The notes below the pieces were generated by a model. It was not told the DNA's origin. It did not search any database and saw nothing but the letters and a program-made list of their open reading frames with translations. A stretch of 64,000 bases of DNA, from the NCBI GenBank assembly GCA_903813345.2, contig CAIIXF020000001.1:8804001-8868000 (forward strand), in the 5' to 3' direction. Source of the stretch: Owenia fusiformis (taxonomy: Eukaryota). Below are positions 63,105 through 64,000 of this stretch, piece after piece. The position numbers were made by a program, and so were the translations under genes. Every line of letters begins with the position of its first letter. Position 1 is the stretch's first letter.

Positions 63105-64000
63105 GTGAGTTTGGACACATATTGTTTATAAAAAATGTGAAATGGTTTATGCATCAATTAGTTTAAACTATTAATTGAAAAGTTGAAAAAGAGATGGTAT
63201 GAAATAATATCACTACTTCTTTATGTATCAAGCATATAAAAAACAGGTGGTCCATATTGTGAAAATCAGCTCAAAATTTCAGAAAAGGAAGTTGATTATT
63301 TGATTGCCAGTACTTGTCTAAGGTTCTGAAAGACTTCATTATAATAGACCAATCCAGTAAATCATGCCATCTATTGGTTATGATGTCATTCTTACAATTT
63401 CAGTGCAGAAATAGGATTATTAAAATATTAGTTAGTGAGGTAGCACCGAAAAATGTACCCGCTTCTGAACAAATTGAAATTACTTGTTTCTTATGTATTT
63501 TTATGTGATACTTCAGAAAATTTTTGTCTGATGCGCCGTATCCGGGGCGAAAGTTGTCAAAATTGGGTTTTTGACCCTAAAAAGGAAAATTACAGGGGGT
63601 ACATTATCATCATTGAATAATTCATTCAGTTGGTCTTCAATCATCATAATAATTTTATCGAGAGTTGATGAGATCATTTTTAGGTAGTATGCAAAGTTTC
63701 AATGGTCTGTCACTCGTGGTTGCCATGGAAACCACAATTTTTGCTGAGAAAATCCTTAATTTTGGTAAAACCTGTACCTGTACATAATATAGAATGTGGA
63801 TTATTTTTCAAATCAACAGATATCAGAACATTTTAGCATTTTCAAAATTACAAGGGCAGTCCAAACATTTATCTAAATATAAAGGATATTGCAATTAACT
63901 TAACTGGGGAGTGTCAAAGACCATACAATTACATAAGTGATCAAAAGTGGGCGTCGCCCTTATCATAGTAGATGATTGCCATTCTCTTAAAATACAGAGT

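Overview
AT-rich, repeat-dense eukaryotic genomic DNA. The repeat types suggest a marine invertebrate, probably a lophotrochozoan (inference). One host gene is confidently identified: a spliced pyrroline-5-carboxylate reductase (PYCR) on the + strand from 52361, with six coding exons seen and the gene continuing past the window end. The most striking object is a 7.6-kb Ty3/Gypsy-derived LTR element at 5383-12978. It has apparently identical 870-bp LTRs, an ATAT target-site duplication, a tRNA-Leu-like PBS and a PPT. It encodes only an intact ~1160-aa Gag, with short pol relics and no functional pol. Its 5' leader carries a regularly spaced (~78 bp) array of six two-hairpin motifs with compensatory base changes. 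The rest of the window is DNA-transposon material: two large Academ-like long-TIR elements (one appears to be built from two outward-facing 3' halves), hAT, Mutator, mariner/Tc1 and pogo derivatives, Helentron-associated (HINE-like) elements, and minisatellites. There is also a chain of candidate non-coding minus-strand exons. All calls were made by eye without database searches.
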